This document shows, piece by piece, positions 21,019 to 30,954 of a DNA stretch of 64,000 bases; position 1 is the first letter of the stretch, and the number at the start of each line of letters is the position of its first letter. Source of the stretch: Chromatiales bacterium. GTDB taxonomy: Bacteria; Pseudomonadota; Gammaproteobacteria; RBG-16-57-12. The stretch lies in assembly GCA_026989455.1 (NCBI GenBank), contig JALSJH010000019.1:14596-78595 (forward strand), written 5' to 3'. Both the position numbers and the translations under genes were made by a program. The notes under the pieces were generated by a model. That model did not search any database, was not told the origin of the DNA, and worked only from the letters and a program-made list of their open reading frames with translations.

Positions 21019-22389
21019 GTGGTGTCACAACGATCAATCCATGGACAATGGTCCTCGCGCTGGATGTTTATGCTGGCGGCTACCGGTTCGGCGGTGGGTC
21101 TGGGTAATATCTGGAAGTTTCCCTACATCACAGGTGAGAATGGTGGTGGGGCTTTTGTGCTGGTCTACCTACTCTGTATTGCCGCGATTGGTATTCCCAT
21201 TATGATGGCAGAAATCATGCTGGGTCGCCGTGGCCGGCAAAGCCCGGTTAATACCATGGCGCTGTTGGCAAAGGAGGCTGGCAGCCACAAACTATGGAAA
21301 TATCTTGGCTGGATGGGGGTGATTGCCGGATTTTTAATTCTTTCGTATTACAGCGTGATTGCTGGCTGGGCAACAGCCTATGTATTTCGTGCTGCCAGCG
21401 GGGTTTTTGTCGGTCAGACCGCAGATGGTATTGGCAACCTGTTTAATGACTTGATCTCTGACCCGGAAAAACTGCTCGCATGGCACACTATTTTTATCGT
21501 TTCGACCATGTTAGTGGTGTCGCGTGGTGTCGCCCATGGCCTAGAAAAAGCGGTGCGCTTTTTAATGCCGTCGCTCTTCATACTGCTACTCATTATGGTG
21601 GGGTATGCGATTAATAGCGGTGCGTTTAGTGAGGCGGTTAATTTTCTGTTCACCCCTAACTTTGATGCGCTCACCGCTCAAGGGGTGTTGATTGCCATGG
21701 GTCACGCCTTTTTCACCTTAAGCCTAGGCATGGGCGCGATTATGGTTTATGGCGCTTATCTTGATAAAGAGACCTCGCTGGCACAAGCTTCCATCGGTAT
21801 CGCCTTTGCGGATACCGCGGTTGCCTTGCTGGCAGGTCTGGCCATCTTTCCTATCGTTTTTGCCAGTGGCCTAGAGCCAGGTTCTGGCCCCGGTCTGATC
21901 TTCAATACCTTGCCCATCGCTTTTGGGCAGATGGTTGGTGGCACATTTTTTGGCACGCTATTTTTTGTTCTATTGGTTTTTGCCGCATGGAGCTCGGCGA
22001 TCTCCCTGATTGAGCCACTGGTAGCCTGGTTGGTTGAGAAGCGAGGTATGACCCGTGTAAGTGCTTCTGTCTGGAGTGGCTTGGCGGTGTGGCTGGTGGG
22101 TATCGGCACGGTACTCTCATTCAATAACTGGGCGGACAACAAGATTTATGGCATGACCTTTTTTGAGTTGGTGGATTTCTTGACCTCAAACGTCATGTTG
22201 CCACTGGGTGGATTGTTAATCGCACTCTTTGCCGGTTGGGTGATGAAGCGGGAGCACGCCAAAGATGAGCTGGCCATCGGCTCCACACTGTGGTTTCAAC
22301 TGTGGCTCTTCCTGGTACGTTTTGTCACACCGACTTGTGTGATTATTGTCTTTCTGAATGCCCTTGGCGTATTTGATTTGGCGGGGTAG
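21019..22389 (+). CDS. Sodium-dependent transporter (NSS/SLC6 family)
   Basis: GSAVGLGNIWKFPY, GGGAF, FFTLSLG, GPGLIF. Confidence 0.95.
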   Translation: MVSQRSIHGQWSSRWMFMLAATGSAVGLGNIWKFPYITGENGGGAFVLVYLLCIAAIGIPIMMAEIMLGRRGRQSPVNTMALLAKEAGSHKLWKYLGWMGVIAGFLILSYYSVIAGWATAYVFRAASGVFVGQTADGIGNLFNDLISDPEKLLAWHTIFIVSTMLVVSRGVAHGLEKAVRFLMPSLFILLLIMVGYAINSGAFSEAVNFLFTPNFDALTAQGVLIAMGHAFFTLSLGMGAIMVYGAYLDKETSLAQASIGIAFADTAVALLAGLAIFPIVFASGLEPGSGPGLIFNTLPIAFGQMVGGTFFGTLFFVLLVFAAWSSAISLIEPLVAWLVEKRGMTRVSASVWSGLAVWLVGIGTVLSFNNWADNKIYGMTFFELVDFLTSNVMLPLGGLLIALFAGWVMKREHAKDELAIGSTLWFQLWLFLVRFVTPTCVIIVFLNALGVFDLAG

Positions 22390-22393
22390 TTGA

Positions 22394-22828
22394 GTGGCTT
22401 CAATCAGTCGTAATGCGTTGGTCCCTTACTCTGCCGCACAAATGTATCAACTGGTGGATGATATTGAGCACTATGATCAGTTTCTACCTTGGTGCGGTGG
22501 TACTACAGTCATCTCCCGTGATGAGGATGAGGTGCGAGCTCGCATCAGTATCTCTAAGGCGGGCTTCAACAAAAGCTTCGCTACCTGTAATCGCTTGCAG
22601 CGAAACAAGATGATTGAGATGAGGCTGCTAGAAGGCCCTTTTAAACACCTGGAGGGGTATTGGCGTTTTGATGTGCTGGCAGACGATGCCTGTAAAGTGA
22701 CGCTCGACTTGCAGTTTGAGTTTTCCAGTAAAATTATTGGCGCAACCTTTGGCCCCATTTTTGGTCAGATTGCCAGCGGCATGATGGATGCCTTTATGAA
22801 AAGAGCGAAGCAGGTTTATGGAAAATAA
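22394..22828 (+). CDS. ratA: RatA/PasT (Coq10/START family) protein
   Basis: VPYSAAQMYQLVDDI..Y.QFLPWC, GPFKHLEG.WRF, AFMKRAKQVY. Confidence 0.92.
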   Translation: MASISRNALVPYSAAQMYQLVDDIEHYDQFLPWCGGTTVISRDEDEVRARISISKAGFNKSFATCNRLQRNKMIEMRLLEGPFKHLEGYWRFDVLADDACKVTLDLQFEFSSKIIGATFGPIFGQIASGMMDAFMKRAKQVYGK

Positions 22829-23141
22829 GCAGTTGATCAATGTAGAGGTCGCCTATGCACTGGCAGATAAACAGACGCTGATTCCTCTGGCGTTGGAAGA
22901 GGGGAGTACAGCGCAGCAGGCAATCGACTCTTCGGGGGTCTTGTCGCAATATCCGGAGATCGATCTGGCTAAAAACCGTATTGGTATCTTCGGCAAACTG
23001 TGTAAGTTAAATACGGTTTTGCGAGAGAAAGACCGGGTGGAGATTTATCGCCCGCTGATTGCAGACCCCAAGGCGGTAAGAAAAAAACGCGCTCAAGAGG
23101 GGAAGGCAATGCGTAAAGGCACCAACTCTACGGCTACTTGA
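22818..23141 (+). CDS. rnfH: RnfH/YfjF (PasI) ubiquitin-like protein
   Basis: VEVAYA, GIFGK, DRVEIYRPLIADPK. Confidence 0.9.
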   Translation: MENKQLINVEVAYALADKQTLIPLALEEGSTAQQAIDSSGVLSQYPEIDLAKNRIGIFGKLCKLNTVLREKDRVEIYRPLIADPKAVRKKRAQEGKAMRKGTNSTAT

Positions 23142-23146
23142 TTGAA

Positions 23147-23488
23147 CTACTCGATTTTCCCGCTGCGCTCTTTTGGCGGCGTGTAGCCACTCTTGTCGAT
23201 AGCGCTCAATACCCCTTCCGCATCAAAATATAGTATCAAATGGCTGGTCTCGGTCTGCTTATCTTTTTCACGATAAGTGTAGGTGTAGTCCCAGCGATTA
23301 GCATGGAAAGGGTCTGTGATGGGGGGTGAGCCGAGCAGAAAACGAACCCGCTCCTGACTCATTCCCACATGCAGCTGTGCGAGCACTTCAGGGGTGATGA
23401 CATTGCCTTGCTGAACATCCAATTTATGCAGGCTACAGCCCATTAACAGCGCCTGGCTAATGCAAATAATAATGAGAAGTTTTTTCAT
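23147..23488 (-). CDS. bamE: Outer membrane assembly lipoprotein BamE
   Basis: LMGC lipobox, QQGNV, GMSQERVRFLLGSP, RWDY; divergent from fur. Confidence 0.93.
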   Translation of the reverse strand: MKKLLIIICISQALLMGCSLHKLDVQQGNVITPEVLAQLHVGMSQERVRFLLGSPPITDPFHANRWDYTYTYREKDKQTETSHLILYFDAEGVLSAIDKSGYTPPKERSGKIE

Positions 23489-23590
23489 TGCTTGTGTAAG
23501 ATAACCGGTTGTTGGCTGAGTTAAATAATTGAGCGAGCATCATACCCCAAGCGCCGGGCAATAGCACGCCACTCAATTTAGAGGTGCGAT

Positions 23591-24007
23591 ATGAGTAAAA
23601 TTGATCTAAAAAAAATGGGTTTGAAAGTGACCCTGCCGCGCCTGAAAATACTTGCTATTCTTGAGGGTAATCAGGGTGAACACTTCAGCGCAGAGGATGT
23701 GTATAAGGCGCTGCTTGAAAGCGGTGAAGATGTTGGCTTAGCAACCGTTTATCGAGTGCTTACACAATTTGAGCAGGCGGATATACTTAATCGTCACCAC
23801 TTTGGTGAAGGGCATTCAGTATTTGAGCTGAACCAGGGCGAGCATCATGACCATATTCTTTGTGTAAAGTGTGGTGAGGTGAATGAGTTTTCAGATGATG
23901 TTATTGAAGCACGACAAGAAGCCATTGCTAAAAAAATGGGTTTCGAAATAACCCACCACAGCCTTTATCTTTATGGAATCTGTCCTGAATGCCAGAAGAA
24001 AAAATAG
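23591..24007 (+). CDS. fur: Ferric uptake regulator
   Basis: GLKVTLPRLKIL, GLATVYRVLTQFE, HHDH..CVKC. Confidence 0.97.
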   Translation: MSKIDLKKMGLKVTLPRLKILAILEGNQGEHFSAEDVYKALLESGEDVGLATVYRVLTQFEQADILNRHHFGEGHSVFELNQGEHHDHILCVKCGEVNEFSDDVIEARQEAIAKKMGFEITHHSLYLYGICPECQKKK

Positions 24008-24048
24008 ATCGAGAATTATTTAGCTATCGAGTTGATGGGTGAAAAGCT

Positions 24049-24486
24049 ATGAGTGATGTTTTACATATTGTTTGTCCGCACTGTCATGCGACTAATCGGA
24101 TTCCAGTGAGTCGCGTAGGTGATAGCCCTCAGTGTGGAAAATGCCATCAAGCACTTTTTAGTGGCCGCTCTGTGGCATTGAGTGCGGCAACATTTGCGAC
24201 CCATGTCGGGCGTAATGATATTCCGGTGCTGGTGGATTTTTGGGCTCCCTGGTGCGGCCCTTGCAAATCGATGGCCCCAGCTTTTGAGCAGGCAGCGGGG
24301 CAGTTGGAACCCCAAGTACGCTTGGCCAAAGTGGATACGGAAGCTGAGCAGCTTCTCGCTACTCAGTATGGCATTCGCAGTATTCCCACCCTGGTGCTGT
24401 TGAAGGGTGGAAAAGAGATTGCCCGCCAGCCGGGTGCCATGAGTGCCGGTGATATCGTCGGCTGGGTGCGTTCGCATCTGCCGTGA
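24049..24486 (+). CDS. trxC: Thioredoxin 2 (zinc finger plus WCGPC)
   Basis: CPHC...CGKC, VDFWAPWCGPC. Confidence 0.95.
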   Translation: MSDVLHIVCPHCHATNRIPVSRVGDSPQCGKCHQALFSGRSVALSAATFATHVGRNDIPVLVDFWAPWCGPCKSMAPAFEQAAGQLEPQVRLAKVDTEAEQLLATQYGIRSIPTLVLLKGGKEIARQPGAMSAGDIVGWVRSHLP

Positions 24487-24501
24487 TTTGCGCTTGATAT
24501 G

Positions 24502-24726
24502 CTAGTAGTGGGGCGGCGGACTCTCTTCGCTTTGTGCTGCAATATTGGATGATGCCAGGTTTTTGAGCATATGGCGTAGGGTGTGGGTTTCACGCAAGAG
24601 TGTGCTGATGGTCTGTGACTGTTCGGCGACAATATCATTTAACTGGTGTAATAGGTCATCCTGAAATGCCTGCTTAGTCTCTAACTCAATAATACGGTCT
24701 TCTAAGCCACTCTCCTCTCGAACCAT
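24502..24726 (-). CDS. slyX: SlyX family protein
   Basis: RIIELETKQAFQD...LN, C-terminal PPPHY. Confidence 0.9.
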   Translation of the reverse strand: MVREESGLEDRIIELETKQAFQDDLLHQLNDIVAEQSQTISTLLRETHTLRHMLKNLASSNIAAQSEESPPPHY

Positions 24727-26876
24727 TATTTTTCTCCCTTGCGGGTGATGCGCCAGCAGTTATGAATTTTTTGGTTGCGCTTGAAGTCTTCAGGAATGGT
24801 TTGAGCGCTGATGTCGACAATCTCCAATGTGGGGAGTGCATCATGATCCATTTTGAATTTACGATTGTTGTTTGAAAATATCAGAGTGCCGTCATCACTC
24901 AATAATTGGCTTACTTCATTGAGCAGTGCCGCGTGGTCACGCAGCACATCGAAGGTCTGCTCCATGCGCTTTGAGTTGGAAAATGAGGGGGGGTCGAGAA
25001 AAATCAGGTCATATTGAGTGCCTTGTTTTAGCGCCTGCTTGATCCACTCAAGGCAGTCAGCCTTGAGCAGGTGGTGCTCTGTTCCGGTGAAGCCATTCAG
25101 CTCCATATTGCGTTGCGCCCATGTGATGTAGGTGTTGGACATGTCAATGGTGCGTGTTTCGCGGGCACCACCAGCCGCCGCATATAAGGTGGCGACACCG
25201 GTGTAGGCAAACAGGTTAAGAAAGCGTTTTCCTCTGCTCATTTCACCGATCATGCGGCGAGTGAGGCGGTGATCAAGAAAAAGCCCGCTATCCAGGTAGT
25301 CGCTTAGATTGACTAGGCACTTGATCGGCCCTTCGCTGACCGTGTGGAACTGCTCTTTCTGATCATAGCGTTCATACTGGCTGCTCCCTTTCTGTTTACG
25401 GCGCTGCTTGAGAAAGAGCTGGGAGTTATTGATTTCGAGCACCTCTTTAATGCTGTGCAGCGCATCCCGCAGGCGTTGTGCGGCTTTGGCCGGATCGATG
25501 GTGGCGGGTGCTTGATACTCCTGAACATTTACCCAAAGTTTATCGCCTTGGTAGAGGTCGATGGCGAGTGCATATTCTGGCAGGTCGGCATCGTAGAGCC
25601 GATAGCAGCTAATCTCTTCGCGGCGCAGCCAGTTTGCCAAACGTCGGCGGTTCTTTTTTAAACGGTTAGCCAGCATCGGTGCGCCTTCACTTTCACCATC
25701 CAAAGCTTTGCTTAACTCACTCTTTCTCGCGCCATAGCAGAGCAACACACACTGTAGAGTACCGTTAAAAAGCGTCTGTTTTGTCTCAGGATAGAGCCCG
25801 GTATAGCTGGCCATTTTGGGCAGGCCGGTAAAGATGGCGCTATGCCAGTCTGAGAAGGCTTTGTTGAGGGTGCTACCCAGCTGGCGATAGAGCTGGGAAA
25901 GATCTTTATTGCCGCCTAGGCGCTCACCGTAAGGGGGGTTGGCGACTACCAGGCCGGGAGGCAGCTCTGCCGGTGTTGCTTGGGTGATGTCTGCGGCCGC
26001 GATGCTGATTTGGTCCTGGAGTCCGGCACGTTCGATATTGGCTCGCGCAATGCTGATCATTTTTCCATCAATATCAAAGCCTTGAATGGCGGGTAGTTTG
26101 GCAAGGCCCCGATCACGGCGTTGCTCTGCCTCCATAAGCAATGAGGCCCATAAAATAGGGTCGTGCTGTTTCCAGAATGTGAAGCCGAAGTGGCTGCGTA
26201 GCAGGCCGGGTGCAATATCAGCCGCCATCATAGCGCCCTCTATTAAGAGAGTGGCGGAGCCGCACATCGGGTCTACCAGTGAGCCACCTTTTTCTGCAAT
26301 GGCAGGCCAGCCCGCCGAGAGAAGAATGGCCGCGGCCAAGTTCTCTTTAAGTGGAGCACCCCCACCCTCTAAGCGGTAGCCGCGACGGTGCAGGCTGTCA
26401 CCGGAGAGGTCGATGCTGAGGCGGCAGATGTTTTTTGCCAGATAACAGTTGATGCGCAGGTCAGGGTATTCGGTATCAACTGAGGGGCGTAAATCATACT
26501 TGTCACGGAATTGATCAACGACCGCATCTTTTACTTTAAGTGCGGCATAGTGGCTATGGTTGATCTTGGAGCGACTAATATTGAAATCGACCGCCAGGGT
26601 GCCTTCGGGTGACATCTGTTTAGACCAGTCGGTTCGCTGTATCCCATCGTAAAGCGCTTCGGGTGTTTTGGCTTCGAAGCTGGGGAGCGAGAGCAGAACA
26701 CGGTTGGCAACGCGGGACCAGAGGCAGAGTTTGTAAGCCGTCTCGAGGGTGCCAGTGAACTCAACACCTGCCCGAACCGGATTCATATGGAAGCCACCTA
26801 GCTGTTTGATCTCATCGGCGAGTAGTTGCTCCATCCCCTTGGGTGTGGATGCAAACAGTTTCAGATCTTCTGGCAT
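24726..26876 (-). CDS. rlmKL: Bifunctional 23S rRNA methyltransferase RlmKL
   Basis: THUMP domain, SLHRRGYR, APLKENLAAA, DPMCGS, NPPYGERL, GLFLDHR, LNLFAYTG, DPPSFSNSK. Confidence 0.96.
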   Translation of the reverse strand: MPEDLKLFASTPKGMEQLLADEIKQLGGFHMNPVRAGVEFTGTLETAYKLCLWSRVANRVLLSLPSFEAKTPEALYDGIQRTDWSKQMSPEGTLAVDFNISRSKINHSHYAALKVKDAVVDQFRDKYDLRPSVDTEYPDLRINCYLAKNICRLSIDLSGDSLHRRGYRLEGGGAPLKENLAAAILLSAGWPAIAEKGGSLVDPMCGSATLLIEGAMMAADIAPGLLRSHFGFTFWKQHDPILWASLLMEAEQRRDRGLAKLPAIQGFDIDGKMISIARANIERAGLQDQISIAAADITQATPAELPPGLVVANPPYGERLGGNKDLSQLYRQLGSTLNKAFSDWHSAIFTGLPKMASYTGLYPETKQTLFNGTLQCVLLCYGARKSELSKALDGESEGAPMLANRLKKNRRRLANWLRREEISCYRLYDADLPEYALAIDLYQGDKLWVNVQEYQAPATIDPAKAAQRLRDALHSIKEVLEINNSQLFLKQRRKQKGSSQYERYDQKEQFHTVSEGPIKCLVNLSDYLDSGLFLDHRLTRRMIGEMSRGKRFLNLFAYTGVATLYAAAGGARETRTIDMSNTYITWAQRNMELNGFTGTEHHLLKADCLEWIKQALKQGTQYDLIFLDPPSFSNSKRMEQTFDVLRDHAALLNEVSQLLSDDGTLIFSNNNRKFKMDHDALPTLEIVDISAQTIPEDFKRNQKIHNCWRITRKGEK

Positions 26877-27048
26877 AATGATGGTCCGGTCAAAAGGGGG
26901 ATTTTAGCACGCAAACATGCGACCTACAGCAAGTTTAACTCCGCTGAGGATGCCGTGAAATATCACAGAGCCGCCCCTTTTGTGTGAAAACAGCTCGATG
27001 TAAGGTGAAATGTAAGCGCACGGTATCGTTGCAAAACAGCTTGCTTTA

Positions 27049-27132
27049 GGGGTTTCTGATTAACTCTGGATGAATTTAGACTGAGGGCGACTTCAGCCAG
27101 CATAAAGCACTCATGGCTTGACCGGAGCCTCC
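27049..27132 (+). mobile_element. MITE family A, internally deleted copy (~84 bp)
   Basis: Matches both ends of 30346-30503, joined at TGAG microhomology. Confidence 0.8.
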
Positions 27133-27188
27133 CCTAGGGCGGTTTTATCGACAGAGCGGCATCGGTTCTGCCAGGTGTTTTTAAACGG

Positions 27189-27216
27189 TTGACAACAATA
27201 ATCCCAGCTATATAAT
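27189..27216 (+). promoter_or_regulatory. Consensus sigma70 promoter of the tRNA operon
   Basis: TTGACA (27189-27194), 16 bp spacer, TATAAT (27211-27216). Confidence 0.85.
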
Positions 27217-27230
27217 ACGCAGCAAATCAG

Positions 27231-27306
<76 letters not shown>

Positions 27307-27371
27307 TTTTTTTGTCTTTGAGTATTATATAGCGTAACTGCGGACTTAAAGAGATGTTTCACATAGTTTAC

Positions 27372-27445
27372 GGCTGGGTAGCAAAGTGGTTATGCTGCGG
27401 ATTGCAAATCCGCCGACGGCGGTTCGATTCCGCCCTCAGCCTCCA
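27372..27445 (+). tRNA. tRNA-Cys(GCA)
   Basis: GGCTGGG...GCGGA-TTGCAAA-TCCGC...GGTTCGATTCC...CAGCCTCCA, 74 nt. Confidence 0.95.
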
Positions 27446-27491
27446 TTTTATCCCCTTATAAATGACCTTACTGATTAATCAATGCCCCTCT

Positions 27492-27578
27492 GCCCGGGTG
27501 GCGAAATTGGTAGACGCAAGGGACTTAAAATCCCTCGGTGGAAACACCGTGCCGGTTCGATTCCGGCCCCGGGCACCA
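27492..27578 (+). tRNA. tRNA-Leu(TAA)
   Basis: GCCCGGGTGGCGAAATTGGTAGACGC, anticodon TAA, long variable arm, CCCGGGCACCA, 87 nt. Confidence 0.97.
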
Positions 27579-27660
27579 ATTTTCAGTTACTGTTCTCAGC
27601 TATTTCAAGCAGAACAGTCAATACTCCTACCGCAATATCTTGGTCACCTCGCTCCACTGA

Positions 27661-27818
27661 GGAAGCCCTGAGCCAACCATGAATGTTTTTTGCTGGCTGA
27701 AATTGCCCTCATTTATCCGAAAAATTTCACCCATAGAATAACTATTGCTGCGCATTTTGGCGCAAATAAAAATAATATCCGCTTACCCTAAATCTAATCA
27801 GACTCATTTATAGATTCC
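27661..27818 (-). mobile_element. MITE family A, full-length diverged copy (158 bp), inverted orientation
   Basis: Reverse complement aligns along 30346-30503 at the same length; flanks CTGA/TTGA. Confidence 0.85.
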
Positions 27819-27888
27819 TTGATAACATGATGGTATGGAGCCGTTATTCGTCTATCCATTCATGCAACGATTTTTGTAAGCGGGGAGT

Positions 27889-29469
27889 TTGTTGGTGGTT
27901 GAGTCTGTGGTGTGGGGTGCGTTATTTCTGGCGTTAATTACCGGTGCGATGCTGGGTGCTTGGTTGGTGTGGCGCAAGATGAGCGTGGCGGCTAAGCAGC
28001 AGCAGTCGGACGCGTCACAACAGCAGTCTGCTCGATTGGCTGAGGTGCAGGGTGAGCTTCAGCAGCGGCAGACTGCGTGGGCGGTGGCTGATGAGCGGGT
28101 TGTCAGCATGGAGAAACAGTTGCAGCAGGAGCTGGAAGAGCGGCGTTTGTCTCAGCAGCAGTTGCACGAGGTGCGAGAGGCGTTGAGTGAGGCGCGCCAG
28201 CAGTTGGAAGGTGCGCGTCGTGCCGAGCAGGCGTTGGTTGAACAGTCTCAGCAACTTAAGCAGCAACAGCTTGAGCTGCGCCAGCAACTGGATGAGATGC
28301 AGCAGCATAACAGCACACTGCGGGCTGAAAATACCGAGTTGCATACTCGCCAGCAGGAGAAAGAGCTCCATTATGCCTCACAGGTTGCACAGTTTGAGCA
28401 GCAGAAGCTTGAGCTTAGTCGCGAGTTTGAAAACCTGGCCAATCGTATTTTTGAGGCTAAAGGGAAGTCATTCTCTGAGAACAGTCGGCAATCGTTGGAT
28501 GATCTGCTTAAGCCATTTCGTCAACAGATTGTCGATTTTCGACAAAAAATAGAAGAGATTCATCATAAAGAGACCGAGCAGCAAGCGCAGTTGCGTAGTG
28601 AGCTGGGTTATCTAAAAGAGCTTAACAAGCAGATTACCGAGGAGGCTCATCAGCTGGCGACGGCACTTAAGGGGCAAAAGAAGAGCCAAGGGAATTGGGG
28701 TGAGTTGATTCTGGAGAATGTGCTGGATCGCTCTGGCTTGGTGATTGATAAAGATTATAAACGTGAGGTGAGCTTTAATACGGAAAGTGGCCGACAGCGC
28801 CCGGATGTTATTGTCTACTTGCCTGAAGATAAACATTTGATTGTTGATGCAAAAGTTTCATTGAACGCCTACACCCGCTATGTAAATAGTGAGAGTGAGG
28901 TTGAATCTCAGCAGGCGATGAAGGAGCATGTTGCAGCTATTTCTGATCGCATTAAAGAGCTATCTGACCGCCACTATTTTGAGCTGCCGGGTTTGAACTC
29001 GCCGGAAATGGTGTTTATGTTTATTCCAATTGAGTCCGCTTTTGTTGAGGCGCTGCGAGCGGATGAGACTCTATTCCAGAAAGCGCTAGAGCAGAATGTG
29101 CTGGTGGCCACGCCGACCACGCTGCTGACCAGTTTGAATATTGTTCGTCAGCTGTGGCGCTTTGAGGATCAAAACCGTCACACGGCTGAGTTGGCTGAGA
29201 AGGCGGGCAGAATGTACGACAAGTTCAATACCTTTTTGGGTTCGATGGAGAAGGTGGGGCGCTCGCTGGATAGTGCTAAAGATAGTTATGAGAAGGCGTT
29301 CGGCCAGCTCTACAGTGGTCGAGGTAACCTGATTAAGCAGGCTAACGACTTTAAGAAGTTGGGTGTCTCTGTTAAGGCCGAGTTGCCGGCGCTGTTGGTG
29401 GAGCGTGCAGAACTTGAGTTGGATCATTCGGCTGTTGATGTTGCGGATGAGACCGAAAAAAAAATATAG
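27889..29469 (+). CDS. rmuC: DNA recombination protein RmuC
   Basis: N-terminal TM, coiled coil, QGNWGELILE, RPDVIVYLP, DAKVSL, FIPIE, TPTTLL. Confidence 0.95.
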   Translation: MLVVESVVWGALFLALITGAMLGAWLVWRKMSVAAKQQQSDASQQQSARLAEVQGELQQRQTAWAVADERVVSMEKQLQQELEERRLSQQQLHEVREALSEARQQLEGARRAEQALVEQSQQLKQQQLELRQQLDEMQQHNSTLRAENTELHTRQQEKELHYASQVAQFEQQKLELSREFENLANRIFEAKGKSFSENSRQSLDDLLKPFRQQIVDFRQKIEEIHHKETEQQAQLRSELGYLKELNKQITEEAHQLATALKGQKKSQGNWGELILENVLDRSGLVIDKDYKREVSFNTESGRQRPDVIVYLPEDKHLIVDAKVSLNAYTRYVNSESEVESQQAMKEHVAAISDRIKELSDRHYFELPGLNSPEMVFMFIPIESAFVEALRADETLFQKALEQNVLVATPTTLLTSLNIVRQLWRFEDQNRHTAELAEKAGRMYDKFNTFLGSMEKVGRSLDSAKDSYEKAFGQLYSGRGNLIKQANDFKKLGVSVKAELPALLVERAELELDHSAVDVADETEKKI

Positions 29470-29550
29470 CGTAATGGTTTCCGTAGCCGTACCTGCTGGC
29501 TTTTCTCTGGCATAATACCCCGCATCTTCTTCCTATAAAATACAGACAGC

Positions 29551-30339
29551 ATGACAACAGAGAGTTATCAGCGCCGCTTTGGTGGTGTGCAGCGGCTATA
29601 TGGTGACGCGGGGCTTGAGATTCTCTCTCAGGCGCGTTTTTGTGTGGTTGGTATTGGAGGTGTTGGCTCTTGGGTTGCGGAGGCTTTGGCGCGGAGCGGA
29701 GTCGGTAGTATGACGCTGATCGATTTTGATGAGATATGCGAAACCAATATTAACCGCCAACTGCCCGCATTGAGTAATACCCTCAATCAAAAAAAATGCC
29801 AGGTGATGGCGGAGCGAATTGCCCTCATCAATGCGGATTGTCAGCTTGAGGTGATTGATGACTTTATCACCTTAAAGACATATCAAACATATCTTGATGG
29901 TGATTTTGACTATGTGATTGATGCGATTGATAGCATTAAATTTAAAGCGCTGATGATCAACTATTGTAAGCGTAATAAAATCCCGATTATTGTGACCGGT
30001 GGTGCGGGTGGTATGACCGATCCGACCCAAATTCAGGTGCAGGATCTGAGCCGTACCTTTAACGATCCGTTGATTGCCAAGGTGCGCTCACAATTGCGAA
30101 AAGAGTTCGGTTTTAGCAAAAACAGTAAGCGTAAATTTGGCATTGATTGTGTTTTTTCATCCCAACAGCCGGTCTATCCAAAAAAAGATGGTACGGTGGG
30201 CTATGAAAAACCGGGTATTCACGGGGTCTCACTGGATTGCCGTTTTGGTTACGGAGCGGCCAGTTTTATCACTGCCAGTTTTGGTTTTATGGCCGCAGGC
30301 CATGCGATAAATCGATTGATTAAGAGAAAATCTCTGTAA
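29551..30339 (+). CDS. tcdA: tRNA threonylcarbamoyladenosine dehydratase TcdA (CsdL)
   Basis: RRFGG..RLYG, GIGGVGSW.AEALARSG, NINRQ, GGAGG..DPT, GYGA. Confidence 0.93.
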   Translation: MTTESYQRRFGGVQRLYGDAGLEILSQARFCVVGIGGVGSWVAEALARSGVGSMTLIDFDEICETNINRQLPALSNTLNQKKCQVMAERIALINADCQLEVIDDFITLKTYQTYLDGDFDYVIDAIDSIKFKALMINYCKRNKIPIIVTGGAGGMTDPTQIQVQDLSRTFNDPLIAKVRSQLRKEFGFSKNSKRKFGIDCVFSSQQPVYPKKDGTVGYEKPGIHGVSLDCRFGYGAASFITASFGFMAAGHAINRLIKRKSL

Positions 30340-30345
30340 ACATAA

Positions 30346-30503
30346 GGAGGCTCTGATTAAGTCTGGATGAATTTAGGCTGAGAGGAAATTGTTCTCATTT
30401 ATTCCGAAATGCGCAGCAATAGTCGCTCTATTGGTGTGGTTTTCGGGATAAATGAGGGCGATTTCAGCCAGCATAAAACATTCATGACTTGATCAGAGCT
30501 TCC
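30346..30503 (+). mobile_element. MITE family A, full-length reference copy (158 bp, IS5-like ends, ATAA target duplication)
   Basis: TIRs GGAGGCTCTGATTAAGTC / GACTTGATCAGAGCTTCC; ATAA on both sides; 25-bp internal stem. Confidence 0.9.
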
Positions 30504-30528
30504 ATAAGCAGCTTTAAGGAGTGGTGAA

Positions 30529-30897
30529 ATGTATTTTGTATTACTGGTGGTGCTGTTAAGTGCTCTCCTGGGTGGCTGTAGTCGTGAGGCGGGTGATGCC
30601 ATGACGACGATTAATTTAGAAGATCGAGCTCAGGGTAAGGTTAAGTCGATCATTATTCGTGGGGGCTGTTTTGGCTGTCATGATGTTAATGAACACCGTT
30701 TTGGCCCTGCGTGGAGTGCGGTGAACGAGCGTTATAAAGATGACCCTGAGGCGGCTCAAAAACTATTTGAAAGTGTGAAGTATGGTAGTGGTGGAAAGTG
30801 GACTGCGGTGTCTGCTAGTGCGGTAATGCCGCCGAATGAGAGCAAGGTGAATGATACGGAAATAGCCGCCGTAGTTGAGTATATTCTTTCGCTATAA
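30529..30897 (+). CDS. Monoheme c-type cytochrome (c551/c552-like), probable lipoprotein
   Basis: LGGC lipobox, CFGCH heme motif, GPAW, MPPN axial Met. Confidence 0.88.
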   Translation: MYFVLLVVLLSALLGGCSREAGDAMTTINLEDRAQGKVKSIIIRGGCFGCHDVNEHRFGPAWSAVNERYKDDPEAAQKLFESVKYGSGGKWTAVSASAVMPPNESKVNDTEIAAVVEYILSL

Positions 30898-30954
30898 ATT
30901 TTTAGTGCAACGGAGCTGCTTTCTGGCTGAACTCAACTTAAAGGCGAGGGTTGT

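Noticed and set aside
22394-23141. ratA-rnfH as a toxin-antitoxin or defence system
   Set aside because: Conserved core pair next to bamE-fur; RatA is a Coq10-like protein, so this is not novel.
27492-27888. tRNA-Leu as an integration site for a genomic island
   Set aside because: No integrase follows, the next genes are core (rmuC, tcdA), and no duplicated tRNA 3' end was noticed by eye.
30399-30602. 67-aa minus-strand ORF
   Set aside because: Antisense to the cytochrome gene and read through the MITE.
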